A stretch of 64,000 nucleotides of DNA. Origin: Bdellovibrionota bacterium. GTDB taxonomy: Bacteria; Bdellovibrionota; UBA2428. The translations under genes and the position numbers were made by a program. The DNA lies in NCBI GenBank assembly GCA_964202055.1, contig CAXNGS010000004.1, positions 67,071 to 131,070 of the forward strand, given 5' to 3'. Under the pieces are notes generated by a model. The model was given only the letters and a program-made list of their open reading frames with translations, made no database searches and was not told the origin of the DNA. Shown piece by piece: positions 1 through 9,460 of the stretch (position 1 is the first letter of the stretch; every line of letters starts with the position of its first letter).

Positions 1-408
<408 letters not shown>

Positions 409-485
409 GAATGAGGTTGACATAACTAGTGGTCCGGGAGAATTTCAGCCTCGCAAATCGACTTCAAAATAGAAGGAATCATCAA

Positions 486-1298
486 ATGAAATTAATTAGA
501 AATCTTACAGTTTTGGCACTTTCAGTAGTTGGCTTCTCGGCAATGTCTGCTGATGCGCCGGCAAAAAAATGGTCTTCTTACCAAGAATTGTCTTCCACTT
601 ATAAATTGGGAGCCACTGATGGTGCGGATGGATCGTATTCTGGATATTTGTATTCAACTCTTGGATACAAGGCCGATGCAAATAACAGCATCGTTGCAGA
701 AACTCTGAATCCCATTCAATACACTGGCGGCTTTGATGTTAGCCACGCTTTCTTGCGCATTTATTTAAATCAAAAAAATGCATTCGAAGTTGGCGGTTGG
801 AAAACAGCCCTTCGTTGGCGTTGGTTTGTTCCTTCTGAAGCGGGAACTCACCAAGCTGGTGGTTTAGGCAAGTTCGGCATCCGTCCTGAAATTTCGCGTG
901 AATTCGGCAGCTTCTCTTTAGTTCTTCGCGATTTGTTGCAAGCACACTTAGTGCGACAACAGGCTCAAAAATACACTGTGGGCGGTGCGGCTGCTAAAGG
1001 TGTTGACCTTTTCACACACGCTTTCAGCGCGATCCCAAGTGTTAAAGTCACTGAAAAATTCGGCATCGATTTGGAATTGATCTTGTCGAACGTTTACAAC
1101 GGTAAAGCGGGCGCAACCAAAGCTAACTGGGTTAACAAGTTGAACTGGGAATTGTACTTTGGCTACGACGTCAAAGACATTGCGGGCGGAGCTTTGGATT
1201 CGGTCACTTTTTCGATCGATCATTCGACCACACTTGCTGACTTCAAGTTCTACACTCGCGGAGCTGGTTACAACATCAAGCTTGCTAAAGAGTTCTAG
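486..1298 (+). CDS. Putative outer-membrane beta-barrel protein, family unassigned
   Basis: Start moved to in-frame ATG 486 (AAGGA upstream), giving signal peptide MKLIRNLTVLALSVVGFSAMSADA. Alternating strand-like pattern and a C-terminus ...IKLAKEF ending in Phe. Function is inference. Confidence 0.5.
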   Translation: MKLIRNLTVLALSVVGFSAMSADAPAKKWSSYQELSSTYKLGATDGADGSYSGYLYSTLGYKADANNSIVAETLNPIQYTGGFDVSHAFLRIYLNQKNAFEVGGWKTALRWRWFVPSEAGTHQAGGLGKFGIRPEISREFGSFSLVLRDLLQAHLVRQQAQKYTVGGAAAKGVDLFTHAFSAIPSVKVTEKFGIDLELILSNVYNGKAGATKANWVNKLNWELYFGYDVKDIAGGALDSVTFSIDHSTTLADFKFYTRGAGYNIKLAKEF

Positions 1299-1326
1299 GC
1301 CTTACGAAAGTATAAGCGTTTAATTT

Positions 1327-2124
1327 GTGCGGTCATCAGGACTTGGATTTCAGCAGCCTCGGGTAACTAAACCGGTAAAGGTTCTGATCATAGTTCTGGT
1401 GGCCGTTTACTTTTTGCAAATGTCGCTCGAGAAATTCGGCGGCATCGATCTCGGGCAAATATTCGGATTCCGAGCCTCAAGTTTTATTCAAAGTTTTTAT
1501 ATCTGGCAGCCTTTGACCTATGCGTTTTTGCATGGCGGGACTTTTCATTTGCTCTTCAATCTTTTGGTTTTCTACATGATGGCCGGCGATCTCGAGGCCT
1601 TTTGGGGACCCAGAAGTTTTTATAAGTTTTGCGCAGCCACTGCAGTTGCAGGCCCTTTGCTACAAGTCCTTCTTTGGATTGGCGCTTATTTAATCAATCC
1701 CGAATGGATTAACTCTGAACTCTTTATCCGACCCACCATCGGGGCTTCAGGAATGGTTTTTGGGATTCTAGCGGCTTATGGGATGCTCTATGGCGAAGCT
1801 TCTATTTTAGTATTCTTTGTCGTACCCATGAAGATGCGAGTCTTTGTGATTTCATTAGCGGTTTACGAAATGGGCATGGGACTTTTTTCGGCAAGCGGCG
1901 AAGTCGCTCACATTTTCCATTTGGGTGGAATGTTGGCGGGTTATTTGATGATCAAATACAAGGGCCCCGGGCTGCGGGGCGGCGGCGGTGGTGGCGGATT
2001 TCGTTTGTTTGGAAAATCTAAAATGAATCAGCAAGAACTGCGCAAGCGGCTGAAGGTCATTTCAAATGAGTTGCCGAAAAAAAATGAAAATGGCGATCGC
2101 GGTTTGCCAATCACTTGGAATTAA
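1327..2124 (+). CDS. Rhomboid-family intramembrane serine protease
   Basis: Multiple hydrophobic segments. GASGMVFG (GxSG Ser) and HLGGMLAGY (His) are in the expected order. A Gly8 tract and a basic tail follow. GTG start from the track; exact start uncertain. Confidence 0.8.
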   Translation: MRSSGLGFQQPRVTKPVKVLIIVLVAVYFLQMSLEKFGGIDLGQIFGFRASSFIQSFYIWQPLTYAFLHGGTFHLLFNLLVFYMMAGDLEAFWGPRSFYKFCAATAVAGPLLQVLLWIGAYLINPEWINSELFIRPTIGASGMVFGILAAYGMLYGEASILVFFVVPMKMRVFVISLAVYEMGMGLFSASGEVAHIFHLGGMLAGYLMIKYKGPGLRGGGGGGGFRLFGKSKMNQQELRKRLKVISNELPKKNENGDRGLPITWN

Positions 2125-2474
2125 TTTTTCAAATTTAGGTGAAAACGGATAAGTCGGTCCAAAATTTTGGATCGTAGTGGGTGCTGCGAATCTTTTTCAA
2201 TTTCTAATCCGATGGATTGCTGATGAACTCGTTGGATTCGAACTTTCCATGATTCCATGGGTAGGCTGGGTACCAACGACCAACGTAAAGTGCTGGTTCG
2301 GATTTTATTATCTTTAAATAAATGCGCACATTTTTTTTCGACTTCAATGCCAAAACCATTTTTTGAGGAATTGATGATTCGACAGGGGATTAAAATTTTT
2401 TCGTCCAAAATTATAAGGGCCGCTAAATTTAAGTGGATCCGGGGATCCTTTCTTAAAACAGTATTTTTTTTCAT
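2121..2474 (-). CDS. PilZ-domain protein (putative c-di-GMP receptor)
   Basis: RKDPR (RxxxR) at residues 8-12 and NSSKNG (D/NxSxxG) at residues 35-40, the PilZ signature spacing. The ATG overlaps the upstream stop (ATGA). Confidence 0.7.
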   Translation of the reverse strand: MKKNTVLRKDPRIHLNLAALIILDEKILIPCRIINSSKNGFGIEVEKKCAHLFKDNKIRTSTLRWSLVPSLPMESWKVRIQRVHQQSIGLEIEKDSQHPLRSKILDRLIRFHLNLKN

Positions 2475-3094
2475 GGCTTGTTTTTTTTAGGGCTAGCCAA
2501 GAAAAGTTTTTGGGACAAATCGCCATGAAAAAATCGCAGCAATCTTTCTTTCTCACATCGCGACCAAGCTGCGGGGTTTTCTGATTTTAATCCACGGGTG
2601 AAGCGAAGCGCGGCTCGACGAGCTTCCTCGTATTGGGGCTGCAGATAATTTTTTTCCATAAACTCAAGCCACAGCGATTCTCGAATGTTGTCGGGGACCG
2701 CAATGCGTTCGTCGAAGGCCAGTATGATTCGATCCACTTCGGATTGAATTTCCATTTCTAAGCGCGTGACGTTTTGACCGCGATTGTGATTGTAGGCCAA
2801 ATAAACAAAGTGACTGATTTCTTCGAAAACGACTGATGTAGCCCGGTGCTGAAAATCATCGTCGGCGCTTAAATCGCCAGTGAAAGCCGACAAGATGTCG
2901 CGATCGAAAATCAACGCTAAATCCAAATCGTTTTGTGGCGAAGTTTTTTGCACCACTTCTAGTTTACCCAGTTCTTTGAAGTTATTTTCGGGCAGTACAA
3001 AATCCCGAACGTCGAGTCCGGTTTCTAAATCATAGGCATTTTCAAGAGTGAGCTGGACTGTGAGAAGATTGTCCAGCGTGATGCTTTTTGCCAT
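2471..3094 (-). CDS. Hypothetical protein (207 aa, soluble, acidic)
   Basis: Long ORF, ATGA-coupled to the PilZ gene and 9 nt downstream of the preceding ORF. No family recognised. Confidence 0.6.
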   Translation of the reverse strand: MAKSITLDNLLTVQLTLENAYDLETGLDVRDFVLPENNFKELGKLEVVQKTSPQNDLDLALIFDRDILSAFTGDLSADDDFQHRATSVVFEEISHFVYLAYNHNRGQNVTRLEMEIQSEVDRIILAFDERIAVPDNIRESLWLEFMEKNYLQPQYEEARRAALRFTRGLKSENPAAWSRCEKERLLRFFHGDLSQKLFLASPKKNKP

Positions 3095-3103
3095 ATAGCG
3101 GAA

Positions 3104-3727
3104 TTAGGAGCGCCCTTTAGTTTTGTCGGAAACTAAAATTCCATTTTCCCCAAGCATTCGTTTGATTCGGGGACTGTTGCTTTCAAGCCATTTTTCGTAA
3201 AGCAAAAGTTGATCGGCTTCGGTGGCCAGTAAGGTTTGGTCGCTTAGTTCTCGCAATATTTCAGTGAGCGCCGGAAATTTTTCGGCTAACTCAAAAAAAC
3301 AATTGAGCGCGCGTTCCGAACCGTGAGATTCTCTTAGGTGAGCGGCTGATTCATAGGCTCGCTCGCCAATGGCCATATAAAAATCCATGTCGACCGAGCG
3401 GCGCTTAAGTCGTTCTGGAAAAAATCCAGATGTGAAGAGCGCAACGTCGCCCACCTTTTTCATGGCGCGTAGTTTTTCTTTAAGTTCTAGGCTCAGACCT
3501 TCGAGCCAAAGCAATGAAATGGTCGGGAATTCTTGGCGCTTCTCGAGAGGGTCTTTCGACTTTAAAAAATAATCTTCACTGCGGCTGAAACCGGCTAACA
3601 TTTGACCAAGGTAGGCCACGGTGCCTTCTTGAATTTTTAAACCTTGCTTGCTGGAAATGATGTCGACTTGATCGCAAAAAAAGGAAACCAAATTCGATGT
3701 AATCTCTATCTTTCGAGTTGTTGTCAT
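3104..3727 (-). CDS. Hypothetical protein (207 aa)
   Basis: First gene of the 3727..2121 three-gene unit. GGGAG lies upstream of the ATG. No family recognised. Confidence 0.6.
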   Translation of the reverse strand: MTTTRKIEITSNLVSFFCDQVDIISSKQGLKIQEGTVAYLGQMLAGFSRSEDYFLKSKDPLEKRQEFPTISLLWLEGLSLELKEKLRAMKKVGDVALFTSGFFPERLKRRSVDMDFYMAIGERAYESAAHLRESHGSERALNCFFELAEKFPALTEILRELSDQTLLATEADQLLLYEKWLESNSPRIKRMLGENGILVSDKTKGRS

Positions 3728-3799
3728 GTCCTGGTTCTCCCAATTTGCCCAATCATTAAAAACGTATCTAATGGCGAAGGATCTCTAACTCTTATCGTC

Positions 3800-3808
3800 A
3801 TTATAGCA
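3800..3808 (-). promoter_or_regulatory. Candidate extended -10 promoter (TGcTATAAT) for the 3727..2121 unit
   Basis: Minus strand reads TGCTATAAT, 72 nt upstream of ATG 3727. The -35 region is weak (TTATGG). Confidence 0.35.
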
Positions 3809-3951
3809 TTTTGATTTAGTGCGCCATAAGTAGCCTTGGTTAAGATTGGGTAAAGATTTCTTGGCGTTTAAGTAATATTAAGCGTTTTGGCTTGGAAAAA
3901 TCGCGCGAATTTGAAATGCAAAGATTTGATGAAGAAAGCGATTAAAAATAA

Positions 3952-5070
3952 CTAAAAGCCTTCAAGAGTGATCGTGAAATCTGGATGGAAAAAATTATCA
4001 GGGAATTTAATCGGCGCGTGTTTTGGGTTGCTCACAAAGCGCGGAATTTTATTGGTTGATTTGGCGAAGCCCGCTTTGTGATCGAACACAAACAATTGCT
4101 GAACTAATAATTGATCGTCACGAGTACCGACGATTTCCATGACTTCAGCGACAGCACGTTGTCCCGAAGGCAATCGATCGATTTGCACGATGATGTCGAT
4201 GGTGCTGCCGATGTTTTCGCGCACCATGCGTGAGCTCATTTCTTGGCCACCCATCATGACCAGTGATTCGATTCGGCGAAGGGCATCGCGGCCCGAGTTT
4301 GAGTGGATGCTGGTCATGGACCCTTCGTGACCGGTGTTCATCGCAACCAATACGTCCCAAATTTCAGGACCGCGTGATTCTCCGACGATGATGCGGTCAG
4401 GGCGCATCCGTAGCGAGTTAACGATCAGCTCGCGTATGCTGACTCCGGGATCGTTAGGGCTGGCGGCACGGGCTTCGAGTCGCACGACGTGCTCGCTTTG
4501 CAAGCGCAATTCAGGGGTGTCTTCGATGGTGATGATTCGTTCTTTGCCAGGAACGAAACAACTAAGCGCGTTTAGTAGGGTTGTTTTTCCGGATCCAGTA
4601 CCGCCCGACACGATGGTGTTCAAGCGACCGGCCACACAGCAGTTTAAAAAATAAAGAAGCTTTTCGTTAAAGGCACCAGCGCCTACTAATTCTTTTACGG
4701 TCATGACCGATTTTTTGGCTTTTCGAATGGTCAAAACCGGACCGTCAAGCGCGATGGGCGGAACCACGCAGTTGACTCGTGAACCGTCGGGCAATCGCGC
4801 ATCGATGTAGGCAAATTTTCGGTTGATTTCTTTGCCGACAAAACGAGCAATGGTGTTCATGAATTTCAAAAGAGTTTCATCGTCTGGAAAAACCGCAGAA
4901 GTTTTTTGAATGATGCCGGCTTTTTCTACGAAAATCGAGCGAGGTCCGTTGACCATGATTTCAGAAATCGCCGGATCATTTAAATAACGAACAATCGGGC
5001 CGGCATCTTGAAGCCAGTCGAGTTGATCGGTATTTGAATTGCCCGGAAGTTTTACAATTTTCGAGTTCAT
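3952..5070 (-). CDS. cpaF: CpaF/TadA-type secretion ATPase (type II/IV secretion NTPase family)
   Basis: Walker A GGTGSGKTTLLNAL, then ITIEDTPEL, RMRPDRIIVGE (Walker B region) and GHEGSMTSIHSN (His box), typical of CpaF/VirB11-like ATPases. Confidence 0.85.
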   Translation of the reverse strand: MNSKIVKLPGNSNTDQLDWLQDAGPIVRYLNDPAISEIMVNGPRSIFVEKAGIIQKTSAVFPDDETLLKFMNTIARFVGKEINRKFAYIDARLPDGSRVNCVVPPIALDGPVLTIRKAKKSVMTVKELVGAGAFNEKLLYFLNCCVAGRLNTIVSGGTGSGKTTLLNALSCFVPGKERIITIEDTPELRLQSEHVVRLEARAASPNDPGVSIRELIVNSLRMRPDRIIVGESRGPEIWDVLVAMNTGHEGSMTSIHSNSGRDALRRIESLVMMGGQEMSSRMVRENIGSTIDIIVQIDRLPSGQRAVAEVMEIVGTRDDQLLVQQLFVFDHKAGFAKSTNKIPRFVSNPKHAPIKFPDNFFHPDFTITLEGF

Positions 5071-5281
5071 GACAAAGAACTCTTCGGATTCTTGCTATCA
5101 AAGCTTGATGATTGTTCGGATTTTTGTCTGGCATTTTCCATTGCCGCGGCGCCACTAAGGGCACGGCATGGCCTTGGGCGCTGGCAAAATTTTGACGCCA
5201 GCAAAGCAGATCTGGCTGAGGATCCATTTGGCAGGCTTAGCTGCCTGGAGAATGGTCAAAAGTTCGGCTAGCTTGGCCCAA

Positions 5282-6460
5282 ATGAATCGAGTGTTGGTGA
5301 CTGGCGGAGCTGGGTTTATTGGGAGCCATCTCGTTGAAGCCTTGCTCCGAAGTGGGTCGTCAGTATGGGTCTTGGATAATTTATCTTCGGGCTCATTCAA
5401 AAACATTGAAGCCCTACAGAATCTGGCACAAGAGCTCGCTCTGCTAAAAAATCTGGAATTTCATTTTATCGAGGGCTCGATTCAAGACCCTAGATCTTGG
5501 GAAGAAATACCAAATGTGGAGTCCGTTTTTCACTTGGCTGCACAAACTTCCGTGACTCAAAGTGTTCGCGATACCGATTTAGATTTTGCTTCCAACATCT
5601 CTTTTATTCCTCATTTAACTAAATATATTTTGCGTGCCGGAGTTCGCCGGCTGATCAATTGCAACACAGCCGGGGCATTTTATGGAGTGGCAGAAACACT
5701 ACCGACTCCCGAAGACGATCCTTTTCATCCGTTGGCGCCCTATGGAGCGACCAAAGCGATGGCGGAAATATATTTGGGAGCCTGGACCCGCGCGCTGCGG
5801 TCGGATTTAAAAATTTCTGGTGATTCCCAGGCGAAAAATTATTTTTCCTGGGCTTCGCTAAGGCTCGCCAATGTTTATGGGCCGGGCCAACTCGCCCATG
5901 GCGAAGCCGGAATCGTTCCAATCTTTTTCGATAAAATAATAAATCATCAGCCAATAACTATTTTTGGCGATGGCGGGAAAACCCGGGATTATGTTTTTGT
6001 TGCTGATGTGATTGAGGCTTTTTTAGCAACTTGGAAGGGGTTGAATCACCAGGCCTTGGATCTGCCATTTAATGTGGGCACCGGGGTGGAAACTCGGGAC
6101 CTGGATGTTTACCGGGAAATGAAGTCGGCTCTTGAGTCGATGGGATTAAATAATTTTAAATTAAATCCAGAACCTGAATTTTCCAAAGTTCGCCCTGGCG
6201 AAGTCTTGCGAAGTTGCGTGGATAGCCATCGAATCGGAAGCATGATCGGATGGAAAGCCAGAATGAAATTCTCAGACGGGATTCGTCGAACTCTTGATTT
6301 AATGGTTGAAGCGCTGCAATTAAATGAAGCGCAATTAAAAGTAGATGGAGCTCAATTAAATGATCTACGATTTAATGGCGAGCGGTTTAATGACGAACGG
6401 TTTAAAAATGCACGTTTTAATAACGGCCAACACCCATATACTGAAAGCCCCAATCCTTAA
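5282..6460 (+). CDS. NAD-dependent sugar epimerase/dehydratase (SDR superfamily) with a repeat-containing C-terminal tail
   Basis: Start moved to ATG 5282 (MNRVLVTGGAGFIGSHL Rossmann motif). YGATKAMAE (YxxxK) is present. The last ~50 aa are a non-homologous tail with RFNxx repeats. The track start 5168 would add an unlikely 38-aa leader. Confidence 0.75.
   Translation: MNRVLVTGGAGFIGSHLVEALLRSGSSVWVLDNLSSGSFKNIEALQNLAQELALLKNLEFHFIEGSIQDPRSWEEIPNVESVFHLAAQTSVTQSVRDTDLDFASNISFIPHLTKYILRAGVRRLINCNTAGAFYGVAETLPTPEDDPFHPLAPYGATKAMAEIYLGAWTRALRSDLKISGDSQAKNYFSWASLRLANVYGPGQLAHGEAGIVPIFFDKIINHQPITIFGDGGKTRDYVFVADVIEAFLATWKGLNHQALDLPFNVGTGVETRDLDVYREMKSALESMGLNNFKLNPEPEFSKVRPGEVLRSCVDSHRIGSMIGWKARMKFSDGIRRTLDLMVEALQLNEAQLKVDGAQLNDLRFNGERFNDERFKNARFNNGQHPYTESPNP
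6368..6427. repeat. 4 x 15-bp degenerate tandem repeat (CGNTTTAAWRRNGNN)
   Basis: cgatttaatggcgag / cggtttaatgacgaa / cggtttaaaaatgca / cgttttaataacggc are contiguous. They encode RFNGE RFNDE RFKNA RFNNG in the epimerase frame and cover the ugd stop codon (6417..6419). Confidence 0.85.
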
Positions 6461-7778
6461 CTTGCTCGGGACGAAACACGTTTTTTCCGTCGTAAACTTT
6501 TTTACCTTTGAAGACTCGGCGCAATCCGCCGAGTGCCAATCGTTGATACTCTTGCCATTCGGTGGCCAGGACTAATGCGTCGGCTCCTTGCAAACACTCC
6601 GCCAGATTTTTTGCGAAAAAAGTGGTTTTCTCAGCGGGCTTGTTTTTGATCCAAGTTCGAACATTGTCCATCGCTTTGGGATCGAGAATCCGCAGTGAAT
6701 ATCCATCTTTGGATAAGGCTTCAATTAAAGCTAGGGCCGGCGATTCCCGAATGTCATCGGTTTCTGGTTTGAAGGCCAAGCCCAAAATCGCAATCACGGG
6801 AGATTTTGCTACTGGAAAGTTTTTGCGAATGTCAGCCAAGAAAAAAAGTTTTTGGCTTTCGTTGAAATTTTGTATCGATTCAGCAACCGACGACTCCACG
6901 CCTTTTTCTTTGCAAAGATGAATGAAATCTTTAACGTCTTTAGGAAAACAAGAACCGCCGTAACCCATTCCCGCGTATAAATATTTGGAACCAATTCGAG
7001 AGTCCGATCGCAAAATCGATTCGACTTGTCGCACGTCGGCGCCAAAGGCGTCGGCCAGTCTTGAAACTTGGTTGATGACCGAAATTCTGCTGGCGAGCAT
7101 TAGGTTGGCCGAGAGTTTGCCCAATTCAGCGGTTTCATGATCGGTGACAAACAATGGGCGGCCATTATGGAGCAGCGACTGATAGAGAGCTTTAACTTTG
7201 TCGAGCGCCCATTCATCTTCACCGCCCAAAACCACTCGCTCTGGTCGCAAGAAATCGCTGACCGCGGAACCTTCTTTTAAAAATTCCGGATTATTAACAA
7301 TAGCAATGCGATGCTTGGGGTTTAAACTTTTAATGAGTGCTTTCATTTTTCGAGCAGTGCCAACCGGAACGGTCGACTTCAAAACAAGCACTGTGTCCAT
7401 GCTTGCGGTCGCGACCACGTCTTTGACCGCTTGCTCGACATAACTCAAGTTGCAAGAGCCGTCGGGGTTTTCCGGGGTGCCGACCGCGATGAAAATCACA
7501 TCAGGTTGCGAGGCCGCAAAAAGTTCTTTGGTAGACGAATAAAATTGCAAGCAATCCGAAGCCAATCCGTCTTCAACCAATTCGGCTAAACCGGGTTCGT
7601 AAAACGGAATTTTCTTTTCTTTAAGCGTTTGAATTTTTTTAGCATCGACTTCAACGACGCTGACGTTGAATCCAAAAGATGAAAAACAACCGCTGGCCAC
7701 TAAGCCGACGTAGCCTGCTCCAATGATGCCGATTTCTTCACTGACGTTTCCTAAATATTTTTCGCTGTCTAAAGCCAT
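6417..7778 (-). CDS. ugd: UDP-glucose 6-dehydrogenase
   Basis: N-terminal IGIIGAGYVGLV Rossmann motif, the catalytic-Cys block GGSCFPKD, and the typical length (453 aa). Confidence 0.87.
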   Translation of the reverse strand: MALDSEKYLGNVSEEIGIIGAGYVGLVASGCFSSFGFNVSVVEVDAKKIQTLKEKKIPFYEPGLAELVEDGLASDCLQFYSSTKELFAASQPDVIFIAVGTPENPDGSCNLSYVEQAVKDVVATASMDTVLVLKSTVPVGTARKMKALIKSLNPKHRIAIVNNPEFLKEGSAVSDFLRPERVVLGGEDEWALDKVKALYQSLLHNGRPLFVTDHETAELGKLSANLMLASRISVINQVSRLADAFGADVRQVESILRSDSRIGSKYLYAGMGYGGSCFPKDVKDFIHLCKEKGVESSVAESIQNFNESQKLFFLADIRKNFPVAKSPVIAILGLAFKPETDDIRESPALALIEALSKDGYSLRILDPKAMDNVRTWIKNKPAEKTTFFAKNLAECLQGADALVLATEWQEYQRLALGGLRRVFKGKKVYDGKNVFRPEQVKDWGFQYMGVGRY

Positions 7779-7831
7779 GACCCCTAGTTTTATCAGGGTC
7801 TTTATCGATAAAAAAGGGTGGGAAAATTTTC

Positions 7832-9460
7832 TTAAGGAGTTTCCGGTGGAGCTTCGTCGCGATCACGCTCGCCCTCGAGAGCGTCAAACTTTAATTCGTC
7901 GATCATGTCGTCGGGCTGGGTCGATTTAAGCTTAACTTTCGTTTCAAAAAGCGCGCGCCAAGCATTATTAATCGCGATCGCGGTGTTTTTTCGAGCGGTT
8001 TCGGTGTTGTCACTGTCTTCAATGATTTCTATGTGGAAATAGAAGTCTTTGGAAAATTTATTCAAGAGCGTGCGAAGTTCTTCAAGTTTTTCCGGGTTAA
8101 GCATAGGAATCGACCACAAACCATCGTCGCCGCTGACATAGGAATCCACTCCACTGGAAAGTCCAACCACATAGCGCAGCGCTTTGCGGAGTGCTTGATG
8201 GCGCTCTTCCATAAAGTCCGTAGGGGATTGGTAGATTTTTGATAAATCAGAAACTTTGGCTCCGGCGGCGACCCAGGCTTCGCGAGCCTCCATCGCACGA
8301 TTGCCCAAGCCTCTAAGGTCGGTGGAAATGATGATTCGTTTTCCAAGCGAAGCGCGCAAGAAATAACTGCGGTGAATGGCCCAGGCCTCGGGAATACGAT
8401 TGGCTAAAGATTTGAAGCGATCAAGGGCCGCTTGCGGAGTTTTATCAATCACGTCTTTTAAGCTGTCGTAAGATTTGCGCTGCCATGGGCTGATCGCTTC
8501 TGGTAAGGGCAGCATATCGCCTGCTGAAAGCAATTCAATGTAGCGGCGCAGGGTTTCCGAAACCTGAGATTTTTTAAATCCAGCAAAGTTTTTTTGCTCC
8601 CACTTTTCAGTCATGCCCGGTAGATTTTCAATCCAACGAAATTTTCGTAAAAGAACCGGAATTTCATTTTCGCTCTTCACCATCTGTAGAACGGTGGCTC
8701 GGGTCTGGGCAATTTCAGCACGCCATTGATTCTCATTGAGTCCAAGCAAACCAAGTCGAACTTTGAAAAGTCCTTCCTCGATGCTTTTCCCGCTGTTCAC
8801 GGCTAAGGATCTTTTTAAAAATGCAGCCCAATCGACTCGTTCGCCAGAATCACGGCTCAAAAAATTTATATAGTTTTCAGTCAGGTTTCGGGCAGGGCCC
8901 AAAACTTTTATCTCAAAATCTTCCGGGCTTAATTCGGAAACCACCACGCGGTCTTTGTAATTCACGTGAACGAGGGTTCCTAGTGACGGCGAGTTTTCCA
9001 AAATGGTGTGAATCGAAGAATCGAGTGCTTGCAAATAATATTGGGTACCGCCGATATCGAGCAATTGTTCGTTTAGTTCTTTTAAATAAAGTTGCTGAAT
9101 CACGTAGAAATTTTCTTTGGGCTTGAGTCCGTTTTCGTTAACTATCGAATAATTGATTCGAGTTTGCAGCGCCCGACGAATGGTTTTGGAAATTTGATTT
9201 TGAAACCAAGCTAGAGGCTCCAAGGTGTTTGGGTCGGTTAAGCGCAAGTGCATGAGGGTTCGCGAGTTGATGCTTCCGCCTGCGGCCCTCACCGCTTTGC
9301 TGAGATGGCTTGAGCACAGGAAAATTCCATCATATTGCAGATCTTGGGCTGTTGATTCGGGCGGAGGTACCGGAGCGTCTGAGGCCTGGGCCGCAGGTTG
9401 CCACCCTGCAAGCGCAAGTACGGCGAGGCCCAGTAAAATGATCCGGCAATGGGTCCACAT
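7832..9460 (-). CDS. Hypothetical exported protein with a C-terminal GGDEF/cyclase-like region (tentative)
   Basis: Signal-like N-terminus MWTHCRIILLGLAVLALAGWQPAAQA/SD. C-terminal residues ~373-512 show the order IISTDLRGLGN ... VSGDDGLWSIP ... FHIEIIE ... AINNAWRALFETK. The remainder is unrecognised. Confidence 0.55.
   Translation of the reverse strand: MWTHCRIILLGLAVLALAGWQPAAQASDAPVPPPESTAQDLQYDGIFLCSSHLSKAVRAAGGSINSRTLMHLRLTDPNTLEPLAWFQNQISKTIRRALQTRINYSIVNENGLKPKENFYVIQQLYLKELNEQLLDIGGTQYYLQALDSSIHTILENSPSLGTLVHVNYKDRVVVSELSPEDFEIKVLGPARNLTENYINFLSRDSGERVDWAAFLKRSLAVNSGKSIEEGLFKVRLGLLGLNENQWRAEIAQTRATVLQMVKSENEIPVLLRKFRWIENLPGMTEKWEQKNFAGFKKSQVSETLRRYIELLSAGDMLPLPEAISPWQRKSYDSLKDVIDKTPQAALDRFKSLANRIPEAWAIHRSYFLRASLGKRIIISTDLRGLGNRAMEAREAWVAAGAKVSDLSKIYQSPTDFMEERHQALRKALRYVVGLSSGVDSYVSGDDGLWSIPMLNPEKLEELRTLLNKFSKDFYFHIEIIEDSDNTETARKNTAIAINNAWRALFETKVKLKSTQPDDMIDELKFDALEGERDRDEAPPETP

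Noticed and set aside
5129-5144. TGGCATTTTCCATTGC looks like a sigma-54 promoter upstream of the epimerase gene.
   Set aside because: The distance from the second G of GG to the G of GC is 12 nt, not the canonical 11 nt, and sigma-54 promoters do not tolerate spacing changes. The nearby TGGCAAAATTTTGAC (5182..5196) lacks the -12 GC.
5168-5281. The track start gives a 38-codon N-terminal extension on the epimerase ORF.
   Set aside because: The Rossmann motif (VLVTGGAGFIGSH) must sit at the very N-terminus in this family. ATG 5282 gives the normal architecture, and the extension has no signal-peptide or TM character.
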